A DNA stretch of 64,000 bases from Candidatus Saccharimonadales bacterium (GCA_051005235.1 JBPCJO010000045.1:1024-65023), one strand, 5' to 3'. Numbered from the stretch's first letter, positions 1 to 9,320 are shown. The notes: a model not told the origin generated them from the letters alone. Translations and numbers: made by a program.

Positions 1-417
1 TCTGAAAAACCAGTTACCGACTTTAAGTATTTGCCCCGTATAAGTTACAGAGCCTCCGCGCACATTTTTGTAGCCGTATTCTTTCATATAGGTCAGAGTA
101 AGCTCCTGTTCTTGCCTCTCAGCCTCTGTACTCGTAACATAACCAATGTCTTTTACTTCCATTACCTCTATTGGCTGGTGTACCATTGTCCATCGTGCTC
201 CTAGAAAGCTACCATGCGACCTTATCCTATCGTAAGGATTTCTTTTAGCTGTCATACCTACATAGTATTTACCGTCTTTTAGTTTAAGAGCATAAAGTCG
301 AAAGTGCTTCATTGGCTCATGCTGAGAAGAGAAATGATCTACGCAAACGTACCAAGGCTTCGGATCACCCTCGGTATACTTACACCCACATTCCTTAGAA
401 TAATGTTTTTTATCCAT
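1..417 (-). CDS. GIY-YIG nuclease superfamily protein, partial (C-terminus beyond window edge)
   Basis: Absent from the ORF track because it is truncated. My own translation from the ATG at 417..415 reads MDKKHYSKECGCKYTEGDPKPWYVCVDH...FRLYALKLKDGKYYVGMTAKRNPYDRIRSH...ERQEQELTLTYMKEYGYKNVRGG. The GIY-like (LYALKL), YIG-like (YYVGMT), Arg, Glu and Asn spacing is typical of the GIY-YIG/URI fold. Confidence 0.5.
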   Translation of the reverse strand, partial: MDKKHYSKECGCKYTEGDPKPWYVCVDHFSSQHEPMKHFRLYALKLKDGKYYVGMTAKRNPYDRIRSHGSFLGARWTMVHQPIEVMEVKDIGYVTSTEAERQEQELTLTYMKEYGYKNVRGGSVTYTGQILKVGNWFFR

Positions 418-595
418 TATTTCATATTGTAGCTCTCAACTTAGAGTTGAAACAATAGAAAAGGTTTCCGGAGAGCTCTCTGAACCTTGCTTGGTGGTGA
501 ACTATTGAGGCGTAAGGCAGTTTAATTGTGAAGCTTACTGTATTTAATGGAATGCTGATTATCCATACCATTAAGAAGTTGTTATAATTTATAGA

Positions 596-886
596 ATGAC
601 AGTCCAAGACCTGCAATTACCAATACCAATCGATGAGTTAAAAACCTTGCTGCAAGAACACGGGGTAGCCAAAGCATATCTGTACGGCAGTTACGCACGC
701 AACCAAGCAACAAAACAGAGTGATCTTGACCTATTGGTTGATCTGCAACCTGGCAAAACCTATATGGATCTGGGGGCATTACAATATAAGCTTGAGCAGC
801 GTGTACCAGGTGGTGTAGACATAACCACAAAATTAAATAAGCATTTTGAACCGTACATTAAACCAGATTTGATAGAAGTGCTGTAA
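596..886 (+). CDS. mntA: MNT-type minimal nucleotidyltransferase (antitoxin of HEPN/MNT pair)
   Basis: 96 aa. LYGSYARNQATKQSDLDLLVD matches the GS-x10-DxD nucleotidyltransferase motif. The stop overlaps the downstream HEPN start (TAATG). Confidence 0.8.
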   Translation: MTVQDLQLPIPIDELKTLLQEHGVAKAYLYGSYARNQATKQSDLDLLVDLQPGKTYMDLGALQYKLEQRVPGGVDITTKLNKHFEPYIKPDLIEVL

Positions 887-1221
887 TGCCTAGAGAGCCG
901 CTACCAAATCTAAAGTTTATTTTAGAAACACTACAGACAATCAAAAAGTTTACACCAAAAGATAAAATTGATTTTCTCAACGACCGAAACGTCCAAGACG
1001 CTACACTTATGCGCTTGCAAGATATTGGCGAACAGCTTTCTCGTATTAGAGATACCTTCCCAGAGTTTTACGAAGAAAACCATAGCGATGATTGGTATAA
1101 GCTGATTGGTTTGCGTAATATCATTTCGCATGGCTACCGAGAAATAGACTTTGAAATTATTTGGGACGTTGTGACTACAAAGCTTAGTGATTTTGAAAAC
1201 AATATAAAACGACTAGTCTAA
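886..1221 (+). CDS. hepT: HEPN-domain (DUF86) toxin
   Basis: 111 aa. LRNIISHGY is the R-x4-H HEPN RNase motif. Translationally coupled to the MNT gene. Confidence 0.8.
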   Translation: MPREPLPNLKFILETLQTIKKFTPKDKIDFLNDRNVQDATLMRLQDIGEQLSRIRDTFPEFYEENHSDDWYKLIGLRNIISHGYREIDFEIIWDVVTTKLSDFENNIKRLV

Positions 1222-1878
1222 ATACGTTGAACTTATTAGTTCTGCAAGTTGTGTGCCCGCGACATCGCCCTTTACTGGCGAATATCGCTTCTTAGTCATC
1301 TTCTTACCATTTCTTTCATAATCAATATCGGCGAAATAGACTTTGATTCCTTTTGCAAGCGGCTTAATCTTTGTCTTACCAAGAACACTGTGTACGTCTG
1401 TATTCTGCAAATGATAATGGACATGCGGTTGCAGCGAATTACCAGAATTACCGCATTCACCTAACTTTTGTCCAGATCTAACCATATCTCCAGCTTTGAC
1501 TATAGTCGAGCCTAGCCGTAAGTGCGCGATAAACGAATACTCATTCTTTGTATGCTCTATCAATATGTAATTACCGCCGGCCGCAAACCGATTTGTCTGG
1601 CCAGGCACGTTATCGCGAATACCGTTAACTGCCTCAATAACTTTACCGTCAGCGGGTGCTATCACATCCTGCCCAAAGACGTAGTAATCCTCGTTTTTGA
1701 GACCTCTTACTTTGTGCGATTCGCCATCTTTGCCATATCCAACAAAATCAAAAGCGTAGCGTTGCGCAGGTTCAATATGATGATAGTTTAGCTTTGCAGT
1801 ATCTCCACCACAATATGTAAACCAACGACCTTTGAAAGGTAATTTTAATGTGGTAGTGTGTCTCATTGTTAGCATCAT
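1213..1878 (-). CDS. M23 family metallopeptidase (no obvious signal peptide)
   Basis: 221 aa. GECGNSGNSLQPHVHYHLQ is the LytM/M23 HxH signature, and the preceding GDMVRSGQKLG segment is typical of M23. Confidence 0.75.
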   Translation of the reverse strand: MMLTMRHTTTLKLPFKGRWFTYCGGDTAKLNYHHIEPAQRYAFDFVGYGKDGESHKVRGLKNEDYYVFGQDVIAPADGKVIEAVNGIRDNVPGQTNRFAAGGNYILIEHTKNEYSFIAHLRLGSTIVKAGDMVRSGQKLGECGNSGNSLQPHVHYHLQNTDVHSVLGKTKIKPLAKGIKVYFADIDYERNGKKMTKKRYSPVKGDVAGTQLAELISSTYLD

Positions 1879-1914
1879 AGCACTATGATTTTGAGTTAGA
1901 CCAAACAGTACGCG

Positions 1915-3144
1915 CTAAATTATTATGACTTCTTTAGGTTTTGTATCTTGTGACGAGGTAGGTAACTTGATGGTAAACTTTGTGCCTTCGTTGATTTTGG
2001 AGGTTACGTCGATGCTTCCGTTGTGCAAATCTATAATTTTCTTGACCCAGTATAGGCCTAGGCCGGTTCCTGGCGTTGCCACAGAAAGTGGATTATCAAT
2101 GCGCGAAAATCTTTTGAACAGTTTCTTTTGATCTTTTTTGAGTATCCCTACGCCTGAGTCATCGATGCTTATGGTGGTTTGCGTTTTAGTCTGCTTAAGG
2201 CTGATTGTTATTGTCGCGCCGTTTTGCGAGTATTTGCTGGCGTTATCAAATAAGTTGTCTAGTACCATTCGCATCAGCTTAGTATCGAAGTCCGCGTTAA
2301 CACGAACGCCTGGCTTGTTAAACACCACGTTCTGTTTGCGCGCGTCAAATGTAATCACCTGTGCCAGCATAACGTCGTCGACCAGGTTAACGACATCGCA
2401 GCTAGTCTTTTCTAAGTAGACTTTCCCGGCGTCTACCCGGGCTACCCTTAGCAAATCTTCAATTATTTCTAATTGCCGGTTGTTGCTGAGGTTAGCATTT
2501 TCTAGCATATCCATTTGTTTTTTAGACAGCTTGCCCGCATAGCCCTCACGCAAAATCCCAATATACTGCTTAACAATTGTGGCCGGAGTACGGAGCTGAT
2601 GTGAGGCGAGAGCGATAAATTCATCTTTGGCGTCGCCGAGCGCATTTAATTTACGGTGCTGCTCGATTAAACCGGCGTTCATTTTGTTGGTATCGGCCGT
2701 AAGTTGTTTTTGCTCGGTAATATCTTGAAAGGCAAGCAGTATGAGCTGCTTGCTATCTATTTGCCGGGCGTTCAGCATCATCGTTTTGAGCCCAATGTCG
2801 GGGAATTTATGCGTAACTTCAAAGTCGTTAAACACTTTATGTTTTGGCAGTATGTTTTCTAGCAGCTCAACAAGCTTCGAAGACTTCCATTGGTTGTTGC
2901 CAAGTTTATAAATTAACTTGCCCTCGGTCTCTATTTTTATTACTTTGAATGTCTTATAAAAAGCCGTGTTTGCAGTTACGACGCACAGTTTTTTGTCCAA
3001 AATGATAAAAGGCTCTCGTATTGTGTCGGTAATTTCCTGATAATATACTAATAATTTTTTAAGTGTTTCAATGCTGCTGCTTTGGCGGTCAATTTTTTTC
3101 GCGATATTCTTAGTTAATTTAGCGGACATTCTTAACAGCACCAA
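1915..3144 (-). CDS. Cytoplasmic PAS-domain sensor histidine kinase (no adjacent response regulator)
   Basis: 409 aa. H-box ASHQLRTPAT, N-box DNLFDNASKY and G-boxes DDSGVGI / GTGLGLYWVKKII are present. The N-terminal part is PAS-like and has no TM segment. Confidence 0.85.
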   Translation of the reverse strand: MVLLRMSAKLTKNIAKKIDRQSSSIETLKKLLVYYQEITDTIREPFIILDKKLCVVTANTAFYKTFKVIKIETEGKLIYKLGNNQWKSSKLVELLENILPKHKVFNDFEVTHKFPDIGLKTMMLNARQIDSKQLILLAFQDITEQKQLTADTNKMNAGLIEQHRKLNALGDAKDEFIALASHQLRTPATIVKQYIGILREGYAGKLSKKQMDMLENANLSNNRQLEIIEDLLRVARVDAGKVYLEKTSCDVVNLVDDVMLAQVITFDARKQNVVFNKPGVRVNADFDTKLMRMVLDNLFDNASKYSQNGATITISLKQTKTQTTISIDDSGVGILKKDQKKLFKRFSRIDNPLSVATPGTGLGLYWVKKIIDLHNGSIDVTSKINEGTKFTIKLPTSSQDTKPKEVIII

Positions 3145-3304
3145 TTCTGTAGCGTCTGTAACGCTAAATCGAAATTTAGATATCTATGGTCATAGTCCAT
3201 GAACTGTTAACGCCTTTATAACTACTTAGTATGCCTTTTTGATGAACTATGTCTATGAAATACCTGACAGAATTTTTACGATATTTCGAACCTGGAATGT
3301 CTGT

Positions 3305-4105
3305 TTAGCCGAAAACTCTCTGGAATATCCAAATAATTGCAATGGTAGAGATAATGACCGCGACAATCTTTATGAGTAGTGGGTACCATGATTTGTTGCG
3401 TAGTAGGTAAATTACCGGTAGCGCCAGGGCTATGACAATTAGCTGGCCAAATTCGATACCAATGTTGAACGCCAGTAGAGATGAGACGAATTTATCGTCA
3501 GGCACATTTATCTCTTGCAAGAGCCCCGCAAAACCTAAGCCGTGAAACAAGCCGAAGAAAAATATTATGCCCAATTTGGACTTGGTATTTTTTATATATT
3601 TGTTATGCCTGAAGAAAACGGTGGCAATCGCCATGACAGCTATGGACAACGCAATTATCGGCTCGACAATCCTTGAACTTAATACCAACGTGCCAGTGCC
3701 TGCTAATACCAGGGTGAGGCTGTGCGCAAGCGTAAAGGTAAGGGTGTAGCGTAGAACATTCGCGACACCGGCAAATACCAACAATAGCGATAGCACAAAC
3801 AGAACATGATCCAACCCGCTCAAGATGTGGTGCACGCCGAGCCGTAAAAAGTCATAAAAGTTGTCAAAAAAGTTGGTATCTTGTTTGATAATTCTTATAA
3901 CGTCTTCTTGATTTTTAACTTTATCAGAAAGCTCTGGTGCGTTGCCTTCGATGTACTGCTTAATCTCTTCGGGCGAGGCATCGGGATTATTTTTTATATA
4001 GTCAGTCACGTTCTGCGGCAAAAGCTCGTGGGCCGATGCTAAAGCGGGCGTAAGTATAAAAAAGAAAGCCAGGGGTATAAATGCGTAAAGAATTATTTTT
4101 TTCAT
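3305..4105 (-). CDS. HupE/UreJ family membrane protein
   Basis: 266 aa. Signal peptide, then HHILSGLDHVLFVLSLLL, then several TM helices, as in HupE/UreJ. Confidence 0.7.
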   Translation of the reverse strand: MKKIILYAFIPLAFFFILTPALASAHELLPQNVTDYIKNNPDASPEEIKQYIEGNAPELSDKVKNQEDVIRIIKQDTNFFDNFYDFLRLGVHHILSGLDHVLFVLSLLLVFAGVANVLRYTLTFTLAHSLTLVLAGTGTLVLSSRIVEPIIALSIAVMAIATVFFRHNKYIKNTKSKLGIIFFFGLFHGLGFAGLLQEINVPDDKFVSSLLAFNIGIEFGQLIVIALALPVIYLLRNKSWYPLLIKIVAVIISTIAIIWIFQRVFG

Positions 4106-4109
4106 GATC

Positions 4110-5435
4110 TTATTTCAAGCGTTGTATTGCTTCGTCCGCTTCTTTCTTGTCGAGTAGTGAAAAATGTGATTCCAAAAAGTACGTATCGAGGCTTGTCGCT
4201 TTTTGCAGGTACATTGTAGCTTGGTCTTTCTGGCCTAGCTTTTCGGCGATTCTGCCGGCATGATACAAGATTACTGGCTCATGCTGACCTAAGATTAAGG
4301 CTTTACTAATATTTTCTTCAGCAGCAGTATAATTTTTGTTTCGATAGTAAGCCCAAGCTAGTGCGTCAAAGCTAAATATATTTGGACGAATAGCTACAGC
4401 TTTCTTAGCTAGTTCTAGTGATTGCTCAGCTTGCATATCTCGCTGAGACAAATATAACGATCGTTCATAGTCAGTATTGACGTTGGCTTTACTAGATTCA
4501 TCAAAAGCCAGATTTGCTAAATAATAACGGCTGTCGGCCTTATCGGCATCATTGTTTGACGCATAAACATCACCTAGGTTTGCGGCATACTGCGCAAGAG
4601 GCAGCCTAGTAAAAGCCTGATTGAAATAATCAACCGCTTTGTCTTTATCGCCGCGAGCAAAGGCTAGCCTACCAAGAGCCTCCAGCGCTGGTGGATAATC
4701 TGGTTCGGTCCGTAAGGCTTGCATGTATGTACGCTCGGCTTGGTTAAGATCAGACCTGGCTTGCAGCTTGCCGAGTTCTACTTGGCTGAAGGCAACATTT
4801 TCAGGAAACGACGAACCGGCACTGATTGCACTAACAAGTGCAGCTTTAGCACCGTCGATTTCACCGTATAATTCTCGCAAGTAAGCCACTCGGTTAAAGG
4901 CGCTGAGTTCAGGCTTTTTGTCTATCATTGTCTGAATAGATTGAGTAGCTTGATCATACATGCCGAGCTCTAGCTGTCCGTCGCCAATCAAGCCGTAGTA
5001 GGCTGCTTTATCAGGATTGATCTTGCTGGCCTTTTGCGACAACATCAGGCCTTTACTAAAGTCATGTAGACCGTAAGCCACACTAGCTTGTGCGGCAACC
5101 ACAGATTCATTATCAGGATTGATCTTGCTGGCCTTATCAAGCAACTCGTTACAACTACTATAAAGTGACGTGTCTGCTGTTTGACGCAGCTTTTGAAGAT
5201 AAAGTTGACAAAGGTCGGCATAACGAGTCGGATTTTGTTGATCGTTATCAAGACGGCTTTGTGCTTCTTTGATTAGTTTATCGATTTGATCAGTTTGAGC
5301 GGCTGTATTATTTCTATCTCTGGTTGAGTTTTGGATGGCGTAGATACTAAGCACAGCTAGCGGCAGTAAAACTGCGACTATTACGACAACTAACCATTTG
5401 CTGCGACCAATTTTATAAAAAACTTTTTTCGACAT
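4110..5435 (-). CDS. Membrane-anchored tetratricopeptide-repeat protein
   Basis: The track ORF begins at a TTG (5471). I prefer the ATG at 5435 (MSKKVFYKIG...). One N-terminal TM, then repeated A..Y...G..y....y..A...y..AL TPR-like units. Confidence 0.7.
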   Translation of the reverse strand: MSKKVFYKIGRSKWLVVVIVAVLLPLAVLSIYAIQNSTRDRNNTAAQTDQIDKLIKEAQSRLDNDQQNPTRYADLCQLYLQKLRQTADTSLYSSCNELLDKASKINPDNESVVAAQASVAYGLHDFSKGLMLSQKASKINPDKAAYYGLIGDGQLELGMYDQATQSIQTMIDKKPELSAFNRVAYLRELYGEIDGAKAALVSAISAGSSFPENVAFSQVELGKLQARSDLNQAERTYMQALRTEPDYPPALEALGRLAFARGDKDKAVDYFNQAFTRLPLAQYAANLGDVYASNNDADKADSRYYLANLAFDESSKANVNTDYERSLYLSQRDMQAEQSLELAKKAVAIRPNIFSFDALAWAYYRNKNYTAAEENISKALILGQHEPVILYHAGRIAEKLGQKDQATMYLQKATSLDTYFLESHFSLLDKKEADEAIQRLK

Positions 5436-5585
5436 GTCTACTTTAAACCTTGATAATGTTAACTTCGGCAAACTAGAGTTAGCAAATAGAGCCGAGTACT
5501 CGGCTCTATTATACCTGGGAGCAGACTTATTTGTTTACTATGCTTGCACTTAACGCTTTGTTAAGTGCCTTATGATCGAGTAGAT

Positions 5586-7157
5586 CTAGCTCTTTGATCG
5601 CTTAGCTACAGCCATTGCTACTACCATACCAAGGACTAGAGCGCCAAGGCCGATGAGTACTGCTGTAGTAGTAGATATGCCTGAATCATCTATGACAACT
5701 CCGTTTTTATCAGCTGGCTGGTTAGTAAGACCAGAAGTTGTTGCAAAACCACTTTCAGGTAAAGCAAGGTATGGGAAGTTATTACGGAACGGCTTGTCGT
5801 TACTGTCTACACCGTCACCAAGCTGAGTTGCAAGTGGATCAGCTTTAAAGTCTGTGTGAAAGATTGGATATGCGGCTCCAGCGACAGCTTGAATAGAGAT
5901 GTCCGTCACATCATCTGCTAGGCGTCGTCCATTTGGAAAACCTTGATTATCTTTTGCGAGTACACCAAGTCGGTTTGGACTCTTAGTTACTGGCACGGCT
6001 ACGTTCAAGCGAAGTTGCTCAGACGGTACGCCACCCGCTACTGCTGTAAGATCAGGAATTCCAGTAAGGTAGATTGCCACTAAATCATCGCGAGCTTCGG
6101 CTGAGCCGAACTTACCCTGGGGCGGTACTTTAACGTTATATAGTTTGTTTAGAAGTGTTCCTAGCTCTGGATTTGTTACTGCGTCCGCGAACTGAGCATC
6201 ATTAACTGGCTTCGAGCTGTTGAACAGATCTTTGGCTGCTAGTGGAGCAACAACTTCGTTTACAAGTGGTGCGCCAAGTCGTGAAACTTGTACGAACTCA
6301 CCATCGCTCTTTGAGGTTCCATCACCACCGAGCACTCTTGTACTCTGTCGTGCAGCAGTGGTCCAGCCACCGATTACGGCTGCAGGATCTTTAGCATCTG
6401 CAGGAACTGTGTTGCCACTAGTTAAGTCTTTAATAGGAACTTGCAAGGCAATACTTTGTACGCTAAAGCCTTTTAGTCCATCAGAGCCGCCCCCATTATT
6501 ACCTGGGACTTTACGAATAGTAAGTAAGTCGAATAGTCCACCAAGGTCAGCGAAGAATGGATCATCACTTTGACCAGCAAAAGTTGTCACACCATTAATT
6601 TCTTTGATAGCTTGTTTTTGAAGCTGGTCATAATTTGGAGTTGAAGTGGGTCCAATATTGCTTGGTGGAGTTGGAATATTCTCACCCATAACCACACTAC
6701 CATCTTTGGTTATTTTAGTAAGTGTGTAGGTTTGTTTGATGTTCCAATTAGGGTCATCAACGGATTTGATAGGACCGGTGTTATACAAGAAAGTCTTGCC
6801 ATCACCTACTTTTGTATTAAAAGTGTATCGGTAAGTTATGTCAGGCACAGCGTCGCCATTATTATCAATATTGATGTCATATTGCGCATTGTCATCGAAA
6901 GAATAGAAGTTTGGACCCCCTGGCGGATTCTGAAATGGCAAATAGTTAGCAATAAACGTAACAGTGTCAGGCTTATCTGGGCTGACAAATGAGTAGAAGT
7001 CTGTGCCATCTACCTTAGGATCACCACTAGTAAGTGGTGCTTCACGGTGACTAGAAGCCGACGTGCTGATTGGCTGTAGTGCGATTATACTCACAAACGC
7101 CATTAACAGCGTAACGAGTACAGCGTCTTTGATCCCTATATTTAGTGTTGTCTGCAT
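5586..7157 (-). CDS. DUF4331 family secreted protein with C-terminal membrane anchor
   Basis: SSHREAPLTSGDPKVDGTDFYSF directly follows the predicted signal peptide, which is the DUF4331 N-terminal signature. The C-terminus has a TM helix followed by KRSKS. The track start (7175) is a TTG. The ATG at 7157 is preceded by AAGGAG at a 9-nt spacing. Confidence 0.75.
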   Translation of the reverse strand: MQTTLNIGIKDAVLVTLLMAFVSIIALQPISTSASSHREAPLTSGDPKVDGTDFYSFVSPDKPDTVTFIANYLPFQNPPGGPNFYSFDDNAQYDINIDNNGDAVPDITYRYTFNTKVGDGKTFLYNTGPIKSVDDPNWNIKQTYTLTKITKDGSVVMGENIPTPPSNIGPTSTPNYDQLQKQAIKEINGVTTFAGQSDDPFFADLGGLFDLLTIRKVPGNNGGGSDGLKGFSVQSIALQVPIKDLTSGNTVPADAKDPAAVIGGWTTAARQSTRVLGGDGTSKSDGEFVQVSRLGAPLVNEVVAPLAAKDLFNSSKPVNDAQFADAVTNPELGTLLNKLYNVKVPPQGKFGSAEARDDLVAIYLTGIPDLTAVAGGVPSEQLRLNVAVPVTKSPNRLGVLAKDNQGFPNGRRLADDVTDISIQAVAGAAYPIFHTDFKADPLATQLGDGVDSNDKPFRNNFPYLALPESGFATTSGLTNQPADKNGVVIDDSGISTTTAVLIGLGALVLGMVVAMAVAKRSKS

Positions 7158-7414
7158 AAAACAATTCTCCTTCAAGATTACGAACTTTAGATCTTTAAAA
7201 CTAAACGAACTTTTTTGTCTAGGTTAACAGTATCGTGTAAAAAGATTACTTACCGTTAAATATCGTACTTCTTTTAGCTGTAACATACAGCAATAGGACG
7301 AAGATTAAGTACAAGCATACAAAAACAGCAGCGATAATTTAAGAGTTAGGGTATTGACATAATGATAGAATCTTGCTACAGTATGGTTGTAATTTTAAGA
7401 AAGTGAGTTATTTT

Positions 7415-7696
7415 ATGAGAAATCCAAACCAATTAATACAGTCTATAGATTCACGTAATGCTATCAGAGCTGGGGTTGCCGCTCTTGCTCTAGCAGTAAG
7501 CGGGGCAGCGACTGCTGAAGCAGCACCAACCTCAGCCAATGTAATAAACTACGGCGGCGTGGCTCCCCAAATAGCATCAGCCTATCCTCCCGGTAAAAGT
7601 GGTCTTGCCCCTTTCATCCAAGATGCCACGGGTGCTGTTCACCTACCTAAGGGGCACTTCGATGGATTCATTGGCACCAATGTTAAGCCACAATAA
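7415..7696 (+). CDS. Small secreted hypothetical protein
   Basis: The ATG at 7415 gives MRNPNQ..., with the signal-like segment AGVAALALAVSGAATAEA. No recognisable domain. Confidence 0.4.
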   Translation: MRNPNQLIQSIDSRNAIRAGVAALALAVSGAATAEAAPTSANVINYGGVAPQIASAYPPGKSGLAPFIQDATGAVHLPKGHFDGFIGTNVKPQ

Positions 7697-7820
7697 TTTC
7701 ATCTGATAACTTACAGATAATCTTGTAGAGGGCTAGGTCTGTCTTTACATACCCACGTCACTGCGCGTGCCCAAAAGGCCACCTTTACAGATTAATACAA
7801 TCAAAAAAACACTGAAGTGC

Positions 7821-7862
7821 CTTTAAAATCTAATTCGGTAGAGTACGTGCATTCAAATTGGA
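7821..7862 (+). repeat. Copy 1 of a ~40-bp direct repeat (core GGTAGAGTACGTGCATTC-N-AATTGGA)
   Basis: The 18-nt core at 7837..7854 is identical to 8524..8541, and the flanks are similar (ctttaaaatctaatt vs ctttatttaatt). Confidence 0.7.
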
Positions 7863-7895
7863 ACCTAGTCCTTATTAAGTCGGTTGCTGCAGAGT

Positions 7896-8465
7896 TTACT
7901 TTATTTGAATACTAGAATAAAGTTTTTCGAAGTCTTCTTTGGTTTTATCGGTAATATTTTCACGATTATTTACTAGCTCCAGCCTTACTATATATGTATC
8001 GGTCTCAATTAAGTATGTGTGTGTTGTTTGGCCGGATCTCTCTATTGTTAACTTTAAATTCTTGCGACCATTTTTATCAATTTCTGTACACTCATTGTTA
8101 TTAACAGAGAGGTCTAAGTATACGCTTGTCTCATATGAGCTGCATCGTAGGGATGAGAGCGGATTAACCGTCATCCTGACGAGAGCATTTGGTGGCCCAT
8201 TACAACTCGGTTTTTGTGTATTGGGGACAATGAACAGTATTATGTCTTCTCTCTCGGGGCAAGGTTGTATTCCCCATCCGTCAGGCAGTCGATAATTTAC
8301 TAAAGAATTAATATTTACTTCATTCTTTGCAACGCTCGGTGATGTACCGCTGGCATGCTTAGGCACGCCTTCTGGATCGCCTAAATCGTTACCCACAATA
8401 ATACCTATACCAAAAATTATTAAAACTAATAACACTAATAAAACTATCTTGCGAGCATATTTCAT
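7896..8465 (-). CDS. Hypothetical N-terminally anchored protein
   Basis: 189 aa. N-terminal TM helix KIVLLVLLVLIIFGIGIIVG, four Cys, no recognisable domain. Bracketed by the two repeat copies. Confidence 0.5.
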   Translation of the reverse strand: MKYARKIVLLVLLVLIIFGIGIIVGNDLGDPEGVPKHASGTSPSVAKNEVNINSLVNYRLPDGWGIQPCPEREDIILFIVPNTQKPSCNGPPNALVRMTVNPLSSLRCSSYETSVYLDLSVNNNECTEIDKNGRKNLKLTIERSGQTTHTYLIETDTYIVRLELVNNRENITDKTKEDFEKLYSSIQIK

Positions 8466-8510
8466 ATGCCAATCGTACCATAATAAGTCACAGAGATAAG
8501 CTAGCTAAGG

Positions 8511-8549
8511 TCTTTATTTAATTGGTAGAGTACGTGCATTCTAATTGGA
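8511..8549 (+). repeat. Copy 2 of the ~40-bp direct repeat
   Basis: See copy 1. Lies between the start of ORF 7896..8465 and the hicA stop. Confidence 0.7.
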
Positions 8550-8615
8550 GCTAAACTAGCAAAGAGTTATTGCGCTGGAATCAGTTGGGTTTAGCTATTT
8601 TGTAAATTTCTCTGG

Positions 8616-8801
8616 CTACAATTTTGATTGTCTGATGATCGACTTAAATGTGCCGAACGGTATTTCTTTCTTTGAGCTGGGCACAATAACCGTAGAGGAA
8701 CCTTTCCGATATTTTGCATGACTTCCGCGTTGATGCACAAAGGCAAAACCTTCCTTTTCAAGAACTTTAATAATTTCTTTTGAGGAGGGTAGTTTAGGCA
8801 T
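8616..8801 (-). CDS. hicA: HicA family mRNA interferase toxin
   Basis: 61 aa. LPSSKEIIKVLEKEGFAFVHQRGSHAKYRK is the typical HicA dsRBD-like signature with a catalytic His. Confidence 0.85.
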   Translation of the reverse strand: MPKLPSSKEIIKVLEKEGFAFVHQRGSHAKYRKGSSTVIVPSSKKEIPFGTFKSIIRQSKL

Positions 8802-9015
8802 GTTTTAGCCGAAGAGTGTGAAGAGTAGGATGGCTCACCTCAGTCTTAATAGACTGTATGGGAGTATCTTCAAGATAGAGCTCTAGCGCCTCGTGTAAGT
8901 TAGCCAAAGCTCCTTGCTCAGACTCACCAAAACTTGATACATCAATATCTAGGCATTGAGCAACAAAGTACTTGCCTTCCTGATACACAACTGTTTGTAG
9001 AGCTAGAGCTTTCAT
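8794..9015 (-). CDS. hicB: HicB-like antitoxin (UPF0150 fold, no DNA-binding extension)
   Basis: 73 aa. YQEGKYFVAQCLDIDVSSFGESEQGALANLHEALELYLE is HicB-like. Overlaps hicA by 8 nt. Confidence 0.7.
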   Translation of the reverse strand: MKALALQTVVYQEGKYFVAQCLDIDVSSFGESEQGALANLHEALELYLEDTPIQSIKTEVSHPTLHTLRLKHA

Positions 9016-9124
9016 ACTATGTAATTATACCACCAAAGCACCAGATTATACTCGAGCCTACCAACACCGATATAAATAAAGAAGAAACCAGAACATAGGT
9101 TCCAGTTTCATCTGTTTTATGCGA

Positions 9125-9320
9125 CTTGGTAGCGGGGGCAGGACAGCGCACTTTGTGCTTTTCCACTCTGGCATGCTCAAAGCAAGCTTTTGCGCGTGTC
9201 CTCGCTCCACCGAACCTGCGACTATCATCTTTTGCTAGCGCAAAATTTGAGTCGCAGAACCGGAGCCTAGTCTCAATGACCAAGAAAAAAGCTCCAACCT
9301 TTCGGCTGAAGCGTCTTTCT
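9125..9320 (-). repeat. tRNA-fMet-linked non-coding module ending in a duplicate of the tRNA 3' end
   Basis: 9127..9144 is an exact copy of 9321..9338, the tRNA 3'-terminal 18 nt including CCA. The 11-mer 9211..9221 copies tRNA 9340..9350. About 95 nt are homologous to the tRNA-Lys module, including the 21-nt identical core 9172..9192. Confidence 0.8.
9285..9312 (-). terminator. Intrinsic terminator of tRNA-fMet
   Basis: On the tRNA strand the sequence is GCTTCAGCC-GAAA-GGTTGGAGC: a 9-bp stem (two G-U pairs) with a GNRA loop, followed by TTTTTT. Confidence 0.7.

Noticed and set aside
7158-7372. I looked for a metal or cobalamin riboswitch in the leader of the DUF4331-TPR-HupE genes.
   Set aside because: I could not find a B12-box or a NiCo-type conserved helix by eye. 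A covariance-model scan would be needed.
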